The notes: generated from the letters alone by a model not told the origin. Positions 29,333-38,008 are shown, counted from the stretch's first letter. The stretch is 64,000 nucleotides of DNA from Eubacteriales bacterium (GCA_045612385.1 JAZKYZ010000028.1:701-64700), one strand, 5' to 3'. Numbers and translations: made by a program.

Positions 29333-30283
29333 TTACCTTCCTATGAAATACTTTCTGCGAGCAAGCTCGGCAATACCTACGGCATTATCACTTGAAAGCT
29401 TCGGTTCAGCAAATCCACAATCAAAAACAGAAGAGAGTTCCTGTCGAATCATTCGACAGCTCATAACCCCTCCTGCAAAAATCACAGGTAGAACACCGTT
29501 CTCTTTATAATAGGTCAACGTCATCTCTTTAAGCATTCTCGAAATATATTTAAAAACAAATGCACTTACCAATTCTCGCGAATTAGAATCCTGATACAAT
29601 TTTTTTGATATATTTTCAAGACCAGATAAATTGGCATATGTACCGTTGAGCGTAGGTTTTCGATTTGGAATCTTGCCGTCAAACGTCAATGCAAGCTTTT
29701 CCATATGTGAACCAGACGGGAAAGGAAGTCCCATTGCAACGCCAACTCGATCTACAACCTGTCCGGCACTTACATCCAGTGTACCACCGACAATCTTACA
29801 TTCAAAGCGATCTTGTAAAAACTTAACAAGAAGCATCTCTGTCGTACCACCAGAAATGTGAAACGCAAGGAATTCTTTATCCAGCAAATCATATCGTTCG
29901 CTCGACTTAATTGCCGCCATAATATGGCCACATTGGTGAGAGAACTGATATAGTGGAATATCTAAAGAAGATGCGATTGCGCTTGAAGCACTCACGCCTG
30001 CAAGAAAACACGGCATATAAGAGCCTTCTAAATTTCTTGGCCTTGTGCTTACACCTACAGCAACAATATCGCCACTTTCTCTAAAAGCGCGCAATGCATT
30101 CAATCCCTCTGGCAGGTTTTTCGTATGAGCAAATAGTGCGTCCGACTGTCGAAGTCCACACTCATTTTCCTTAACAAAAAGCAGTTTTTTATAGTTGAAA
30201 AGAATGTTTCCCTCTTCATCTATCACAGCAAGAGATGTCGTATAATTACTCGTGTCAATACCGAGAAAAAATTTATTTCGCAT
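29333..30283 (-). CDS. Kae1/TsaD-family (peptidase M22 fold) protein, divergent paralogue
   Basis: FLGIDTSNYTTSLAV N-terminus, HQCGH metal-binding-type motif, AGGVMSCRMIRQEL and SSDNAVGIA near the C-terminus. ATG 30283 (the track GTG is at 30295) overlaps the nusB 3' end. Confidence 0.7.
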   Translation of the reverse strand: MRNKFFLGIDTSNYTTSLAVIDEEGNILFNYKKLLFVKENECGLRQSDALFAHTKNLPEGLNALRAFRESGDIVAVGVSTRPRNLEGSYMPCFLAGVSASSAIASSLDIPLYQFSHQCGHIMAAIKSSERYDLLDKEFLAFHISGGTTEMLLVKFLQDRFECKIVGGTLDVSAGQVVDRVGVAMGLPFPSGSHMEKLALTFDGKIPNRKPTLNGTYANLSGLENISKKLYQDSNSRELVSAFVFKYISRMLKEMTLTYYKENGVLPVIFAGGVMSCRMIRQELSSVFDCGFAEPKLSSDNAVGIAELARRKYFIGR

Positions 30284-30686
30284 TCTTCTTTCCACACTTT
30301 TCCGCCAAAGCGTTTAATACACCATTGACAAAAGAATATGTTTTATCATCATCAAACTTTTTAGAAAGCTCAACACATTCGTTTATAGTTACTAATGCAG
30401 GAATATCATCTCTATAAAGTAATTCAAATGCACCAAGACGAAGAATCGCCATAGATGCAACGGAAATACGATTCTTTTTCCAACCGACAAGGCATCCGTC
30501 CAGCCACTCTTCGATTTCAGAGAAATGTTCGCTGACACCAAAGAAAACTTCTTTTACAAACTCATCCGTTTCAAGTTCTCTTTCGGATATTGCCGTTTCA
30601 AAAATCTCTTCTGCTGTCGCATCAGGACGAGCAACAGATTCAAAAAGCAAAATAAATGCGTGTTCTCTGGCTTGTTTTCTGTTCAT
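30273..30686 (-). CDS. nusB: transcription antitermination factor NusB
   Basis: 137 aa, MNRKQAREHAFILLF N-terminus and NusB-like helical C-terminal part (FVNGVLNAL). Confidence 0.9.
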   Translation of the reverse strand: MNRKQAREHAFILLFESVARPDATAEEIFETAISERELETDEFVKEVFFGVSEHFSEIEEWLDGCLVGWKKNRISVASMAILRLGAFELLYRDDIPALVTINECVELSKKFDDDKTYSFVNGVLNALAEKCGKKNAK

Positions 30687-30782
30687 ATTTTTGATTCCTT
30701 TGTAATATATTTATATTTATTATATTATAATGCAAAGAAGATACAAAGTCAACTCATTTTTAAAAAGAATTTGAATTTATCG

Positions 30783-30811
30783 TTGATTTTTGTTTCCCAT
30801 TATGGTATAAT
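30783..30811 (+). promoter_or_regulatory. sigma-A-type promoter for small membrane protein gene
   Basis: TTGATT (30783-30788), 17-nt spacer, TGgTATAAT extended -10 (30806-30811). Confidence 0.5.
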
Positions 30812-30836
30812 GAACAAAAATAAATAAGGAGTTTGT

Positions 30837-31220
30837 ATGAAACATATAAAATCAATTTTAAAAGAAGCTTGCGTCTATACCGTTATCATCACCTTTTTAT
30901 TTGCCTTTGTAGGACTTTTTACACTTGAGAAAAATGCTTCCATTCCTCTTGGGCAGTTTTTAATAATAATGCTTTTTGGACTTTTAATCTCTCTTGCTCA
31001 ATGTATTTTGAAATTAGACAAGCTGAAACTCACCTACCGTTATCTCATACATTTCCTTGTCTTATACACTTCATTTATGTGTACCTTTTACCTAACGGGA
31101 AAGGTTACAGCAAAAGGCGCAAGTGGATTTTTAATTTGTACTGTTATTTTTATTCTTTGTTATTTTTTCATTTTATTTCTACGCTATTTGACTACAACTG
31201 TTTACAAAAAGTTCAAATAA
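30837..31220 (+). CDS. small 4-TM membrane protein of unknown function (DUF3021-like)
   Basis: 127 aa with four hydrophobic segments. Good SD (AAGGAG) 7 nt before the ATG. Isolated plus-strand gene. Confidence 0.6.
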   Translation: MKHIKSILKEACVYTVIITFLFAFVGLFTLEKNASIPLGQFLIIMLFGLLISLAQCILKLDKLKLTYRYLIHFLVLYTSFMCTFYLTGKVTAKGASGFLICTVIFILCYFFILFLRYLTTTVYKKFK

Positions 31221-31408
31221 ATGTTTTGACTCTTTAAAAATGCGTGAGATTCCACAAATTATTTTGTGCATATATTCTAGCAAACTATTTGATATCTTTT
31301 GAAGGAAAAACGCATTAAAATAGCCATAACTTTTCATTTACACGCACCGCCTATTTTTTGTTTTTTTTAGAATTGGCATTCTCCTTTAAGCTTACCAATA
31401 CATAAATC

Positions 31409-31443
31409 CTGATGATTCAGGAAAATCATCAGATGAATTTTTT
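31409..31443 (+). terminator. possible plus-strand intrinsic terminator
   Basis: CTGATGATT-caggaa-AATCATCAG perfect 9-bp hairpin, followed after 5 nt by TTTTTT. Confidence 0.35.
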
Positions 31444-31483
31444 ACACCTGCATATATTATCTACATTCGTTTTTGTAAGAATG

Positions 31484-31520
31484 AAAAACACCCTTTTGGA
31501 AAAACAAAAGGGTGTTTTTT
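31484..31520. terminator. bidirectional terminator downstream of tRNA-Leu
   Basis: AAAAACACCCTTTT-ggaaaaac-AAAAGGGTGTTTTT hairpin flanked by A-runs and T-runs. Confidence 0.7.
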
Positions 31521-31602
31521 GGTGCGAGTGACAGGAATCGAACCTGCATGGTTGCCCGCTAGATCCTAAGTCTAGTGCGTCTGCCAGTTCCGCCACACTC
31601 GC
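31520..31602 (-). tRNA. tRNA-Leu (anticodon UAG)
   Basis: Reverse complement folds as a class II tRNA: acceptor GCGAGTG/CACTCGC, D-arm GCGGAACTGGCAGACGC, anticodon loop CTTAGGA, long variable arm, GGTTCGATTCC T-arm, encoded CCA. Confidence 0.93.
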
Positions 31603-31620
31603 GCATTTAGATTATAGTAT

Positions 31621-31649
31621 ATTATAACACACAAAAAAGAAAAAATCAA
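31621..31649 (-). promoter_or_regulatory. sigma-A-type promoter for tRNA-Leu
   Basis: Minus strand TTGATT, 17 nt, TATAAT, ending about 18 nt upstream of the tRNA 5' end. Confidence 0.5.
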
Positions 31650-31656
31650 TAGAAAT

Positions 31657-31690
31657 TAAAAAGAAAAGGCAAAATCAAAATGATTTTGCC
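31657..31690 (-). terminator. intrinsic terminator after GNAT gene
   Basis: Minus strand GGCAAAATC-attt-GATTTTGCC followed by TTTTCTTTTT. Confidence 0.65.
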
Positions 31691-31695
31691 TAAAT

Positions 31696-32250
31696 TTATT
31701 TTAGTAGAGCAATATTTTTCGCAAATTGTTCTCCGAATACCTGATAAAGCAGACTGTGATATCGTTCAAAACTCACATCTTCTCCGCTTGTAAGTATTTT
31801 CATATCTACTCCAAACAAGCAAATCCGATAGTCCATTGTATGCATTCCACATTTTTTATAAAATTCAGCTCTTTTTATTCGTTCCTCCCTGTTGTCGCAA
31901 ATGGAATCAGGATCTTCAATTTCAAGAACAAGTGGAAGTGGATGAAAGAGGGACTTAAGTTTTTTTAGGACCTGTGTACCAATGCCGTGACCTCTATGCT
32001 TCATTTCAATCGCCAAATAATCAAGAAGAACATAATCGCCATTTGAAATGGTAAAGGCAAGTCCTAAAAATTCCCCTTTTTCATTCTCTATTAAAAAATT
32101 TCGTCCATATCCAAGTTTTTCAGCCTTACGAATCAACCAAAACGGCTTTTTCTCTTCTCGTGGAAAAGCTTTTTGATATAAAAAGAAAGATTTTATTCTA
32201 TTAGATAGCGTTGTTTTTTCTGTCAAAACAATATTATGCATCGATTTCAT
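31696..32250 (-). CDS. GNAT-family N-acetyltransferase
   Basis: Acetyl-CoA motif region HRGHGIGTQVLKKL. Start at ATG 32250 or 32241, overlapping the CapA stop; the longer track ORF reads through the capA 3' end. Confidence 0.8.
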   Translation of the reverse strand: MKSMHNIVLTEKTTLSNRIKSFFLYQKAFPREEKKPFWLIRKAEKLGYGRNFLIENEKGEFLGLAFTISNGDYVLLDYLAIEMKHRGHGIGTQVLKKLKSLFHPLPLVLEIEDPDSICDNREERIKRAEFYKKCGMHTMDYRICLFGVDMKILTSGEDVSFERYHSLLYQVFGEQFAKNIALLK

Positions 32251-33337
32251 TCCTATGGTTTGCTGTTTTAAACAATTCACGATAAACGTCAGTGTGTGCT
32301 TCACAATCAAGATAATGTCCAAATTGGTCATCTTCCGTCTTTGTAGAATCACTACAAAAGGCGCGAGCAACAGTGGAAGTGTATGCCTCGCGCATACTCT
32401 CACAAAAATCATTCCAGCCCTGAAGCCACAAGCCATTCTGCAATTCCAAATTACGCGTCATAAATCCAGACAAAATCTCTTTTGCCTTTTCACCCTTTGC
32501 TATTTCAATACCTTGCTTGTTTTCTACAACGGGAATAAAATTAATTTCATTTGTTACAGTATCATAAATCACGGCAAGAGAACTTTCCCACAAAGATTTT
32601 TTCTCCGGAGGAAAAACACTACATTTCACGAAATGGAAGTTTCCTTGTCCATACAGGATATGAGCGCCAAGATATTCCTCGTAACAACCAACACAATGAG
32701 AGTGCTGACAGAGTACAACATCAGCGCCACACTTAACCATCGCCTGACACGCTTTTCTCAAACGTGGCGAAGGATAACGACAATACTCTTTGCCTCCGTG
32801 ATAAAGCACGATAACTTTTGTACTCTCCGCCTTAGCCTTTGCAATATCTTCAAGGGAATCAAAAGGATCAAAAGCACGGCTTCCCTCGCGTGATTCAAGC
32901 GCATAAGAATATTCGTGCTCGCACACGGTAATAAAAGTGACTTTCTCATTGCCGAAGGTTACAGTAAAGTTTTTTCTCGCATCCTCGTAATTGTCTCCAA
33001 ATCCTGTATGTGGGATACCTACTGCATCCAAAGCATTCTTTGTATCTCTCACGCCTTCCTTTCCATAATCAAAAATATGATTGTTTGATAAACCAACGAG
33101 AGAAACACCAAGTGCTCGTAATACCTGTTCTGTACCAAATGGAGCTTTCAGATTCGGACCAAATTTTTCAATGCGATTCTCACTTTCTGTGATTGCACAT
33201 TCAAGGTTAATAAACGAAAAATCAACACCAGAAAACAGAGCCATCGTATCCGAAAACAGTTCTTCAACATTACCATTGCGAAATCCATCTCTTGTGAAAT
33301 CAGTAGGACAAATGTCGCCTAAAAGTAAAGTTTTCAT
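32234..33337 (-). CDS. CapA-family (PGA_cap metallophosphoesterase-like) protein
   Basis: LLGDICPT, NLECAIT and GLSNNHIFDYG motifs typical of CapA/PgsA-type proteins. 367 aa. Confidence 0.83.
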   Translation of the reverse strand: MKTLLLGDICPTDFTRDGFRNGNVEELFSDTMALFSGVDFSFINLECAITESENRIEKFGPNLKAPFGTEQVLRALGVSLVGLSNNHIFDYGKEGVRDTKNALDAVGIPHTGFGDNYEDARKNFTVTFGNEKVTFITVCEHEYSYALESREGSRAFDPFDSLEDIAKAKAESTKVIVLYHGGKEYCRYPSPRLRKACQAMVKCGADVVLCQHSHCVGCYEEYLGAHILYGQGNFHFVKCSVFPPEKKSLWESSLAVIYDTVTNEINFIPVVENKQGIEIAKGEKAKEILSGFMTRNLELQNGLWLQGWNDFCESMREAYTSTVARAFCSDSTKTEDDQFGHYLDCEAHTDVYRELFKTANHRNEIDA

Positions 33338-33354
33338 TACATTTTCCCCCGTAT

Positions 33355-34953
33355 TTAATTGTTTAGTAAAGATTTTTTATATTCGAGATATTCTTCATAC
33401 GTGCATCTTCTATCGATAAAACCATCTTCTGTTATTTCAATAATACGGTTTGCAACCGTATTTAAAATCTCATAGTCGTGCGAAGAAAAAAGGATGTTCC
33501 CCTTAAAATTCTGCATTCCTTGATTCACTGCGGTAATAGACTCAAGGTCCAGATGGTCGGTAGGTTGATCGATCATCAGAAGATTTGAACCAAACATCAT
33601 CATTCTTGAAAACATACAGCGAACCTTTTCTCCTCCCGAAAGCACCTCAACAGATTTAAATACTGCTTCATTGGAGAAAAGCATCTTACCAAGAAATCCA
33701 CGAAGATACGTTTCCGTTTGGTCTTTAGAATATTGACGCATCCAATCAAGAATAGATTCTTTATGTCCATTGAAATAGGAAGAATTATCGTGTGGGAAAT
33801 AAGAGGTCGTTATAGAAACACCAAATTTAAAGGTTCCACTATCAGCCATCTCTTCTTCATTTAAAATTCTGAATAAATGCGTTATTGCCATTTCATTGCC
33901 GAGAAAAGCAATTTTGTCTTCTTTATATACGTGGAAAGTTAATCCCTTAAAGAGTTGAACACCACCTACGCTACCACATAAATCTTCTACATGCAAAATT
34001 TCTTTTCCTGGCTCTCGATCCATCTCAAAGCCAATAAAAGGATATCTTCGACTTGATGCAGGCAATTCTTCGATCGTTAATTTATCCAGCAATTTGCGAC
34101 GAGATGTCGCTTGTCTTGACTTTGATTTATTGGCGCTGAAGCGCTGGATAAAGCTTTGTAATTCAGCTATTTTCTCCTCGTTGCGCTTATTTTGCGCTTT
34201 AATCATTCTTTGAATTAACTGGCTGGATTCATACCAAAATTCATAGTTTCCGACGTACATTTTGATTCCACTATAATCGATATCTACAATATTTGTACAG
34301 ACGTCGTTTAAGAAGTGACGGTCGTGTGAGACAACAAGAACGGTACCAAAATAGTCAGATAAAAAGTTTTCAAGCCAAAGAACAGCATCAATATCCAAAC
34401 CATTGGTCGGTTCATCAAGAAGAATGATGTCAGGATTGCCAAACAAAGCCTGCGCAAGCAGAACTTTTACCTTTTCGCTTTCTTTCAAAGCGGACATAGG
34501 CATATAAAGAACATCGTCACTCATTCCAAGCCCTTGAATTAGTTTAGAAGCGTCCGATTCTGCTTCCCATCCATTCAACTCTGCGAATTCACCTTCCAGT
34601 TCCGAAGCGCGCAAACCATCTTCGTCTGTAAAATCTTCTTTAGAATAAAGGGCGTCTTTTTCTTTCATAATGGAATAAAGGCGCTCGTTACCCATAATTA
34701 CGGTGTCCAGCACTGTGTATTCTTCAAAAGCGAAGTGATCTTGCTTCAATACAGACATTCTTACGGTATCCGGAATGGAAACTGCACCTCTTGTTGGCTC
34801 CAATTCACCACACAAAATACGAAGAAAAGTAGACTTTCCTGCCCCATTTGCGCCAATAATTCCATAACAGTTACCTGGTGTAAATTTTAAATCCACGTCC
34901 TTAAAAAGCAACTGTCCACCAAATTGAAATGATAAATTATTTACAGTAATCAT
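33355..34953 (-). CDS. ABC-F family ATPase (YbiT/YkpA-like) with degenerate second ATP site
   Basis: Two NBDs and no TMD. NBD1 has GANGAGKST and ILLDEPTNGLD. Linker has QSFIQRFSANKSKSRQATSR. NBD2 has signature LSGGEKVR, but its Walker A reads LGNEMAITHL and its Walker B reads MIDQPTDHLD. Confidence 0.9.
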   Translation of the reverse strand: MITVNNLSFQFGGQLLFKDVDLKFTPGNCYGIIGANGAGKSTFLRILCGELEPTRGAVSIPDTVRMSVLKQDHFAFEEYTVLDTVIMGNERLYSIMKEKDALYSKEDFTDEDGLRASELEGEFAELNGWEAESDASKLIQGLGMSDDVLYMPMSALKESEKVKVLLAQALFGNPDIILLDEPTNGLDIDAVLWLENFLSDYFGTVLVVSHDRHFLNDVCTNIVDIDYSGIKMYVGNYEFWYESSQLIQRMIKAQNKRNEEKIAELQSFIQRFSANKSKSRQATSRRKLLDKLTIEELPASSRRYPFIGFEMDREPGKEILHVEDLCGSVGGVQLFKGLTFHVYKEDKIAFLGNEMAITHLFRILNEEEMADSGTFKFGVSITTSYFPHDNSSYFNGHKESILDWMRQYSKDQTETYLRGFLGKMLFSNEAVFKSVEVLSGGEKVRCMFSRMMMFGSNLLMIDQPTDHLDLESITAVNQGMQNFKGNILFSSHDYEILNTVANRIIEITEDGFIDRRCTYEEYLEYKKSLLNN

Positions 34954-34973
34954 TGAATTTCCTTATACTATGC

Positions 34974-35771
34974 TCAGATATGAGTGAGCACTTCTTTAAT
35001 ATTTTTCATAATAAATGTCGGAGGGGTTTCCGATTCCTCCGCATCTTTCAGGGTACCTTCACCCGAAAGAACAAAAACGGTATCCACCCCTGCATTATAT
35101 CCAGACGCGATATCCGTGTATACTCTATCGCCGATCATCACGGTCTCTTCTTTACTATATCCGAACTTATCCATAGCGAGAAGAAGCATTTCAGGACGGG
35201 GTTTTCCAACAAAATAGGGTCTTTTACCCGTTGCACGCCACAACATTTCTGCAAAAGAACCACAATCAGGAACGTATCCATATGCCGTAGGACAAACCCA
35301 ATCGGGGTTTGTAGCAACATATACCATATTTTCTTGTGTCGTCAAAAGTTTTGAAATGATATCGAGTTTTTCAAATGTCAGTTCTGTATCGTTTGATATG
35401 ACAATACCACCAATTCCCTCTTCCATTTTTGATGCGACCTGTATTCCTGCATCCACTAATTGCTTGACAAAAGACGTCGTTCCCATAATATAGAACTTTA
35501 TATCAGGATAATTCTTCTTTAAATATAGAATCGTTGCATCAGTTGAGGTCAGAAAATCATCTTCGCAAGAAGAAATACCAATTCTTTTAAGTTTTTCCAC
35601 GTATGCATCTGTACTTTTTGAGGAATTGTTGGTAACAAATAGATATTTTCCACCCTTTTTCCTAACTTCAGACAGAAAATCAAGTGTACCCTCAAAAAGA
35701 TCGTCATCCAAATATATGGTTCCATCCATATCTAAAAGAAAAAATAACTTTTGACTTAATAACTTTTCCAT
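34974..35771 (-). CDS. HAD-IIA family hydrolase (NagD-like)
   Basis: DMDGTIY motif I, TNNSS motif II, GDRVYTDI motif IV. ATG 35771 has the better SD; the track start is 35786. Confidence 0.85.
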   Translation of the reverse strand: MEKLLSQKLFFLLDMDGTIYLDDDLFEGTLDFLSEVRKKGGKYLFVTNNSSKSTDAYVEKLKRIGISSCEDDFLTSTDATILYLKKNYPDIKFYIMGTTSFVKQLVDAGIQVASKMEEGIGGIVISNDTELTFEKLDIISKLLTTQENMVYVATNPDWVCPTAYGYVPDCGSFAEMLWRATGKRPYFVGKPRPEMLLLAMDKFGYSKEETVMIGDRVYTDIASGYNAGVDTVFVLSGEGTLKDAEESETPPTFIMKNIKEVLTHI

Positions 35772-35786
35772 TACTTTGCCTTTCAT

Positions 35787-35819
35787 TAAAAAAGAGACTC
35801 GAAGTACAGTCTCTTTTTT
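35787..35819 (-). terminator. intrinsic terminator after galE
   Basis: Minus strand AGAGACT-gtacttcg-AGTCTCT followed by TTTTTT. Confidence 0.6.
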
Positions 35820-35824
35820 GTTGC

Positions 35825-36844
35825 TTATTCATCAGGATATCCGTCAGGGTTTTGTTTTTGCCATCTGGCGCTATCTTCGCACATACGCGCAAGATCACGC
35901 TCTGCAACCCAACCAAGAACCTCGCGCGCCTTTGTCGGATCTGCATAGCATTCTGCAATATCACCAGGACGACGCTCTGCGATTCTATATTTCACAGGAG
36001 CGCCCCAGGCATTTCCAAATGCCTGTACCATTTCAAGCACAGAATAACCATTTCCCGTTCCGACATTGATTTGATCAACGCCAACCATACGGTTTGTGTA
36101 TTCGAGCGCCTTAAGATGCGCCACAGCAAGATCGACGACGTGAATGTAGTCACGAACACCCGTACCATCTTTGGTACCATAATCATCACCAAAGACCGAC
36201 AGACATTCAAGTTTACCTGCTGCAACCTTTGCAATGTACGGAAGAAGATTGTTAGGAATTCCCTTAGGATCTTCTCCAATCAAACCACTTTCGTGTGCAC
36301 CAATAGGATTGAAATAGCGAAGAATGCAAGCCGAAAAGGTTGGATTTGCCTTAGCGACATCTTCGATAATTCTTTCTATCATCAGCTTTGTTTCACCATA
36401 AGGATTCGTGGTAGAAAGTGGGAAATCTTCACGAATCGGCACTTCTTTCGGATTGCCATAAACAGTAGCCGAAGATGAAAAAACAAGTTTATTTACATTG
36501 TGCGAAAGCATTTCAGAAAGAAGATTGAAAGTGCCTGTTAAGTTGTTGTGATAATAAAGAAGAGGGAGTTTACAAGATTCTCCAACTGCTTTCAAACCTG
36601 CGAAATGAATGACGGAATCAATATCGGGGTGTTCATCAAAAACCTTTTTTAGCGCGTCCTGATCCAATAGATCGCAAAGAATAAATTCTGGACGTATTCC
36701 TGTGATTTTCTCAATACGGTCAAGAACACAGAGTTTGCTGTTTGAAAGATTATCAACAATAATGCATTTATAACCGTTTTTTTGGAGTTCAACAACAGTG
36801 TGGGAACCAATATAACCTGTTCCACCGGTTACTAAAATAGACAT
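35825..36844 (-). CDS. galE: UDP-glucose 4-epimerase
   Basis: ILVTGGTGYIGSH Rossmann motif and YGETK (YxxxK) catalytic motif. 339 aa. Confidence 0.93.
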   Translation of the reverse strand: MSILVTGGTGYIGSHTVVELQKNGYKCIIVDNLSNSKLCVLDRIEKITGIRPEFILCDLLDQDALKKVFDEHPDIDSVIHFAGLKAVGESCKLPLLYYHNNLTGTFNLLSEMLSHNVNKLVFSSSATVYGNPKEVPIREDFPLSTTNPYGETKLMIERIIEDVAKANPTFSACILRYFNPIGAHESGLIGEDPKGIPNNLLPYIAKVAAGKLECLSVFGDDYGTKDGTGVRDYIHVVDLAVAHLKALEYTNRMVGVDQINVGTGNGYSVLEMVQAFGNAWGAPVKYRIAERRPGDIAECYADPTKAREVLGWVAERDLARMCEDSARWQKQNPDGYPDE

Positions 36845-36892
36845 ATCTAACCCTTTCTGTGTAAAAACAAATATAATATTTCACTTTATAGC

Positions 36893-36924
36893 AAAAAAAG
36901 AGCAGTTAAGCACTACTCTTTTTT
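36893..36924 (-). terminator. intrinsic terminator after rpmA
   Basis: AGAGCAGT/ACTACTCT stem (7 of 8 bp) flanked by A-run and T-run, 12 nt past the rpmA stop. Confidence 0.55.
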
Positions 36925-36935
36925 GCTATTGTTTA

Positions 36936-37214
36936 TTAGTCAGCGTAAACGCTAACCTGCTTTCTACCGCCGGTAATGTGTTCAAATCTTACAGTACCGT
37001 CAATGAGCGCGAAAAGAGTATCGTCAGAACCGATACCAACATTATTGCCGGGATGGATTTTGGTTCCACGCTGTCTAACAATGATGTTGCCTGCAAGGAC
37101 TGCCTGTCCGTCAGCCTTCTTCACGCCAAGACGCTTGGACTCAGAGTCACGACCGTTCTTGGTAGAACCTACGCCCTTTTTATGAGCGAAGAACTGCAAA
37201 CTAATTCTTAACAT
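36936..37214 (-). CDS. rpmA: 50S ribosomal protein L27 (with cleavable N-terminal extension)
   Basis: MLRISLQFF|[15 protein letters not shown]: the Firmicutes-type propeptide precedes the conserved AHKK. Confidence 0.95.
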   Translation of the reverse strand: MLRISLQFFAHKKGVGSTKNGRDSESKRLGVKKADGQAVLAGNIIVRQRGTKIHPGNNVGIGSDDTLFALIDGTVRFEHITGGRKQVSVYAD

Positions 37215-37262
37215 TTCGTTGTACCTCCATAATTAATACGGGCATATCGCCCCAGAACTTGC

Positions 37263-37619
37263 TTACATTGCCTTTTCAATCTCTTTGACATCAAGGAATT
37301 CGTAATACTCTTCCACGAGATCCATAAGCTGAAAATAGTAAGCCTGGATAAGACCTGATACGGCAAACTGCTTTTTCTCATCCTTCTCATATTTGGGAAG
37401 GGCGGATTTTGCAATCAATTTAATATCTGTGGTTTTCTCATCAATCGAATAATCGACATCACACGCGTATGTGACCTCAATCGCATTGATAATGAGCATT
37501 GTCATTGAAGAAAGAGCCGCACAGAGAACATCATCTCCTGACTCTCCGTATCCAGTATGTCCCTTTTCTTCAAAACCATAATAATGGCCGTCTGTCTTAT
37601 AAAAGATGATAGTAGTCAT
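37263..37619 (-). CDS. prp: ribosomal-processing cysteine protease Prp
   Basis: 118 aa between rplU and rpmA. GHTGYGESGDDVLCAALS His/Cys dyad region. Confidence 0.85.
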   Translation of the reverse strand: MTTIIFYKTDGHYYGFEEKGHTGYGESGDDVLCAALSSMTMLIINAIEVTYACDVDYSIDEKTTDIKLIAKSALPKYEKDEKKQFAVSGLIQAYYFQLMDLVEEYYEFLDVKEIEKAM

Positions 37620-37627
37620 TTTGAAAA

Positions 37628-37936
37628 TTAGCCCTCGATCTTAACGATCTGAATCTTGGAGTAATCCTGGCGATGGCCGATCTTCTTCTTTTCGTTCTTC
37701 TTCGCCTTGTACTTAATGACATCAATCTTCTTGCCCTTGCCGTTCTTAACAACGGTAGCAACTACGCTTGCGCCATCAACATAGGGAGCACCAACTTTAA
37801 GTTCGTCACCACTTACAAGAAGAACCTGATCAAAGGTAACATTCTCGCCTTCAGCAACGCCAAGTTTTTCAACGAAAACGAAATCGCCTTCTTGAACTTT
37901 GTACTGCTTTCCACCTGTTACGAAAATTGCGAACAT
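37628..37936 (-). CDS. rplU: 50S ribosomal protein L21
   Basis: [14 protein letters not shown] from ATG 37936 with SD GAGGTG. The track ORF runs 25 codons further into the leader. Confidence 0.93.
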   Translation of the reverse strand: MFAIFVTGGKQYKVQEGDFVFVEKLGVAEGENVTFDQVLLVSGDELKVGAPYVDGASVVATVVKNGKGKKIDVIKYKAKKNEKKKIGHRQDYSKIQIVKIEG

Positions 37937-38008
37937 GTAAAGCACCTCACTTTCGTGTGTAATCGCTACGGTAGGTGGCTTACGCTCTTTCAACCCACCA
38001 ATATGCGT
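37937..38008 (-). promoter_or_regulatory. rplU 5' leader with hairpin (possible L21-leader-type element)
   Basis: About 70-nt leader between the promoter and the SD, containing GGTGG-gttgaaagagcgtaag-CCACC. Assignment to the known Firmicutes L21 leader is from memory only. Confidence 0.35.

Noticed and set aside
31221-31519. Mini-ORFs (13-52 aa) in the non-coding interval
   Set aside because: None has a correctly spaced SD. The one near AAAGGAG has the ATG only 1-2 nt after the SD.
32251-32436. Upstream extension of the GNAT ORF (246-aa version)
   Set aside because: It reads through the 3' end of the CapA gene in another frame. The GNAT-like sequence starts only at the MKSMHNIV methionines.
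32255-32893. 212-aa plus-strand ORF
   Set aside because: It is antisense to the CapA-family gene. This is a shadow ORF with low-complexity translation.
31696-33337. GNAT+CapA pair next to tRNA-Leu as an integrated genomic island
   Set aside because: The pair lies on the 5' side of the tRNA. I saw no integrase, no repeat of the tRNA end, and no obvious composition change from the flanking core genes.
35684-36478. 264-aa plus-strand ORF
   Set aside because: It is antisense to galE and the HAD gene and crosses the galE terminator. The composition is not protein-like, and there is no SD.
37208-37414. 68-aa minus-strand ORF overlapping prp and the rpmA start
   Set aside because: It is an out-of-frame overlap with two strongly supported ribosomal-operon genes.
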